50,192 nt of DNA from a virus (lineage: Duplodnaviria; Caudoviricetes). Location: positions 1 to 50,192 of IMG/VR virus record IMGVR_UViG_3300014613_000007; one strand, 5' to 3'. Made by a program: the position numbers and the translations under genes. A model generated the notes under the pieces. The model did not search any database. It saw only the letters and a program-made list of their open reading frames with translations, and was not told where the DNA came from. Shown here piece by piece: positions 47,121 to 50,192 of the stretch. Each line of letters begins with the position of its first letter. Positions within the stretch are counted from its first letter, which is position 1.

Positions 47121-48350
47121 AGCAATTCCTTCTTTTGTTTTCTTTTTTCTCGTCTAAACTCTCTTAATTCCTTTATGGATGTACCGGCAAAATCCATATT
47201 GACTTTAGTATGAGCTTTACCTTTTTGGCCGGCACATTCAACACCAGCACCATCTTCACAATATTTTCTTCCTTTGAGGCAGAATTCTTCGCCGCATATC
47301 GGGCATTTGTAAAAATGTTTCATAATTTAATCTTCAATTCTATAATTGGACTGTTCTCATTAAGTGGCTGAAATTCAAATATCCAATAGTCTTCTTTGTG
47401 AATCTCGCCGGAAAAGTAATAATTGATTTTCCCAAAAGCCTCGACTATTGGCTCGGTCAAAGCAATTAGGAATTCTTCGCTGAATCGCTCGCACACGTGT
47501 TCTTTGATACAATCTTTACACATGTCTTTATCACATTCATAACAATGAAACATATCAATCACACTTTGCGGCTGAGCACATTGTTTGCAATCCTCACTTG
47601 GTCCCCATCTGTCAGACATGATTTATTCCTTTTTTTTGGGGGGAGGTTGAAAGTCGTGATCTCCTCCCTGTGGACATTCAGAAGGGTCTGATGTCTTTGC
47701 TCCACAATCTATCATTAAAGCAAATAATATTTGCCTTCTGAGACTAACACCGCATTTCGTACAAACGTAATTAAGCAATTTTGATTCCATGATTTTCTCC
47801 TTTCGATTTATGCCACCAACCACCACATGACTAATTTGTACCCGGCACAAATAATTGTCATTTACCAGTAACTATGAATTCGACAACTTGGTTTATTTCT
47901 TCTTTTTGCTCTTTTGTTAAATTGAGAACAATTTTACCAGGAGAAGACAATCTGCTTATCATCGCACAAACCACACCGTTCCGGACTCCACACCGGGGAC
48001 AATCCATTTTCGGCGGCTCATGTTCCGGCATTCCTAATCGTTCAGCTTCCTGTATGTGTGCGGAATTAACCATGATTTTCCCCTTTCTATGACTTATGTC
48101 CCACAATAACCAGCATCGGGGCGTAACAGCCGACTAACTCTTCATGCTCGATTCGCTTCTCTTCGTAATAGGCAGGGATGTCCATATCTTCGTATTTCAT
48201 GTCATTCACCTACAGTTTGGATTGCTCTGTGTTCTCTCTTGCCACATCTTTTACATCTTCGAAATTCTATTGCTCCACCAGTTTCTATGTAGGCAGCAAA
48301 ATTCCATTTCGTCCATTTATGGGGCTTATCTTTGCACTTATCACTCATTC
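47117..48350 (-). other. Run of small zinc-finger-type ORFs (47117-47323, 47320-47619, 47623-47790, 47858-48106 and one more near 48200-48347)
   Basis: Tightly packed minus-strand ORFs, each with CxxC motifs. Confidence 0.6.
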
Positions 48351-48875
48351 TCATTCTCCTTTCAGGGCTTGCTCGACTATATCTTTTACGCCATCCAATA
48401 CATGACGCATCGCATCGGCCTGGATATCATCCAAAGTCATGCCTGAATCCTTTAATATTTTAGCTGCCCGTTTTAGGTCTGGTTTCGGGAATAAAGCGAG
48501 CGGATAGGCTTTTGCCCAATTGTTAATGCGTTCCATCGCATCTCTCAGTTTGTCTTCTGATTTTTCCAGTTCATCTACCAGAGCTATACAATCCCCCAAT
48601 TTCTCCTCAATCTCTTTCTTCTCGGCGGTCAGGCGATTTAACCATCCTGAGTTTATCCAATCTTTGATAAAATCAATGTAACTAATACTGTTCTTAAGCT
48701 TTTCTCGAATATCTTCTGCTGATTTATTCGGTTCAGGCTCGGACTCAAGCAGTTCTGGATGCCAACAATGAAGACAACTGCACTTATAATATGATTCATC
48801 AAACAATATTTGATTCCATCCCCCATCTCCGACTTTTCCACATTTCGGACATTTCAAATCAAACGGCATTGTCAT
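48351..48875 (-). CDS. Hypothetical protein (zinc ribbon plus coiled coil)
   Basis: CPKC, WAKAYP...F..PD motif; GAAAGGAG RBS. Confidence 0.7.
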   Translation of the reverse strand: MTMPFDLKCPKCGKVGDGGWNQILFDESYYKCSCLHCWHPELLESEPEPNKSAEDIREKLKNSISYIDFIKDWINSGWLNRLTAEKKEIEEKLGDCIALVDELEKSEDKLRDAMERINNWAKAYPLALFPKPDLKRAAKILKDSGMTLDDIQADAMRHVLDGVKDIVEQALKGE

Positions 48876-49011
48876 TCTCCTTTCAAAAAGGTTCCGGGGC
48901 ATCCGTGAAAAACGAACAAACCTGTTTTCTATATATGCTCTATTTTTAACTTAGTTACGTTTCTTTACAGCCTAACCTCTTCCCTGGCAAACGTCCCCGG
49001 AACCTGTTCAA

Positions 49012-49365
49012 TTAAAATATTACGGCTTTAATTCTTGACCAACCTAAAAGATAGGCCGCAACAAATCTCCTCAAACCATATCGAAGAAAATAAACACCTT
49101 CACGTCCATCCTCTTCTAAGAGGTCTTCTGAAACATCAATCTGTGTAACTCCTATGCACTCAATTTGGCCGACACGTTTCATTGAATCCATTAACTCTTT
49201 TATTGATTCGGGACCTTCTGTAATCTCTTTGACTTTATGCCAATTCGTATGTTTGTGTTTTTTCAGAATTTTAACGAAAGATTGGCGTGACATATTTTCA
49301 TAAGGAATATCAATATCGGTCAGTAATATATTTTTTACCCTTTTGATTTGTATTTTCTTTAACAT
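49012..49365 (-). CDS. ParB/Srx-like N-terminal domain protein
   Basis: EL..SM...GQI..I.V ... G.RRF.A...LGW..I.A; start moved to follow the GAAAGGAG RBS. Confidence 0.7.
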   Translation of the reverse strand: MLKKIQIKRVKNILLTDIDIPYENMSRQSFVKILKKHKHTNWHKVKEITEGPESIKELMDSMKRVGQIECIGVTQIDVSEDLLEEDGREGVYFLRYGLRRFVAAYLLGWSRIKAVIF

Positions 49366-49608
49366 TATTTCTCCTTTCAAAACCAGCAATGGGGCGGGCA
49401 GGATCGGCCTGCCTGGGATAACTATAGAACCGCTCCATTCTTGCACGGAAGCTATAGCTCATGTATGCGTACATGCCGCCGCCCCTTGCCTGTTATTCAC
49501 TTTTCAAAACAGGTGCCGGGGCAATTAGTCCATAGCCCTTCCTGCTTGGCATCCTAAAATCATCCATGAGATTGCCATCGGCACCTAAACTTCGCCTCTT
49601 GCCGTTGT

Positions 49609-49791
49609 TCACGTTCTAGGATGAACTTCTGTTAAATTAACCAGAGTTACTTCCTGTTCCAAGACATATACTGCCGCCTTTGTTACATCTTCATGGTCAG
49701 CAATATCACTGGGGTTTTGTCCTAAGATGAGAAATTCATCTTCATCGTCGTCTTTTTCAATTTTCACATAAATTTTCTTTGGAAATTTCAT
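49609..49791 (-). CDS. Small acidic hypothetical protein
   Basis: GAAAGGA RBS. Confidence 0.65.
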   Translation of the reverse strand: MKFPKKIYVKIEKDDDEDEFLILGQNPSDIADHEDVTKAAVYVLEQEVTLVNLTEVHPRT

Positions 49792-49884
49792 ATTTTCGTT
49801 CCTTTCAAAAATGTCGGGCCACTTTGGGTTTTGGTCCTCCGTGACCCGACTACTTAGGAGGAGGGTGATGAAAAGCTGATTATG

Positions 49885-50190
49885 TCATCTTGAGCCATCG
49901 CCATGATCCTTATTTATTTTGGTGAGAACGGCCTCAATCATTGCTAAAGCGTGGGTACTTTGGCCAATTCCGGAAGCTAAAAGACTTCTTGTGTATTCAC
50001 AAGCAGCCACCAAATCATCGTGATTGTTCCAGCGGCGAAGAAGTTCTTCGGTATTGGCTTTGCGAAGGACCAAATCATCTGTGTTCTCGATAAGTGTCGG
50101 CATAACTACAAAGATTGTTTTGCCATCAATTTGGGCCAATCCGGCAAATTCTTCGTATATTTCAAGTTTTGTATGTTTTGCTTCGCTCAT
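49885..50190 (-). CDS. Hypothetical phage protein
   Basis: KHT...AN......N.HD.LV.AC pattern common in phage accessory genes. Confidence 0.65.
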   Translation of the reverse strand: MSEAKHTKLEIYEEFAGLAQIDGKTIFVVMPTLIENTDDLVLRKANTEELLRRWNNHDDLVAACEYTRSLLASGIGQSTHALAMIEAVLTKINKDHGDGSR

Positions 50191-50192
50191 AA
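50070..50192. repeat. Terminal direct repeat, copy 2
   Basis: Identical to 1-123. Confidence 0.95.

Overview
This window is an apparently complete, circularly assembled ~50.07 kb tailed-phage genome; bases 1-123 repeat exactly at 50070-50192. Almost all genes are on the minus strand. They comprise (i) a podovirus-type (T7/BPP-1-like) virion module at 3.3-31 kb with terminase, portal, scaffold, capsid, cement, adaptor, nozzle and ejection proteins; (ii) a lambdoid-style replication/recombination module at 39-47 kb with initiator, loader-like protein, DNA methyltransferase, NinG, NinB, SSB and a PD-(D/E)XK nuclease; and (iii) many small accessory genes. A short plus-strand block of cassette-like early genes lies at 32.1-35.0 kb. 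I recognised no integrase, repressor, polymerase, endolysin, tRNA or CRISPR array. The standout element is a solitary RAMP/Cas7-like gene (1671-2273) followed directly by a 275-nt non-coding array of 53 consecutive NGY-NN units (1390-1664) and then a Toprim-domain gene. This is a candidate phage RNA-guided system with a non-CRISPR guide, resembling the GGY/NN 'VIPR'-type architecture as I recall it. The second oddity is that several tail/virion-module proteins, including the nozzle, carry N-terminal signal peptides and are rich in D/E-x-N motifs, which tentatively suggests a Planctomycetota (Sedimentisphaerales-like) host. All functional calls come from reading motifs by eye; no searches were run.
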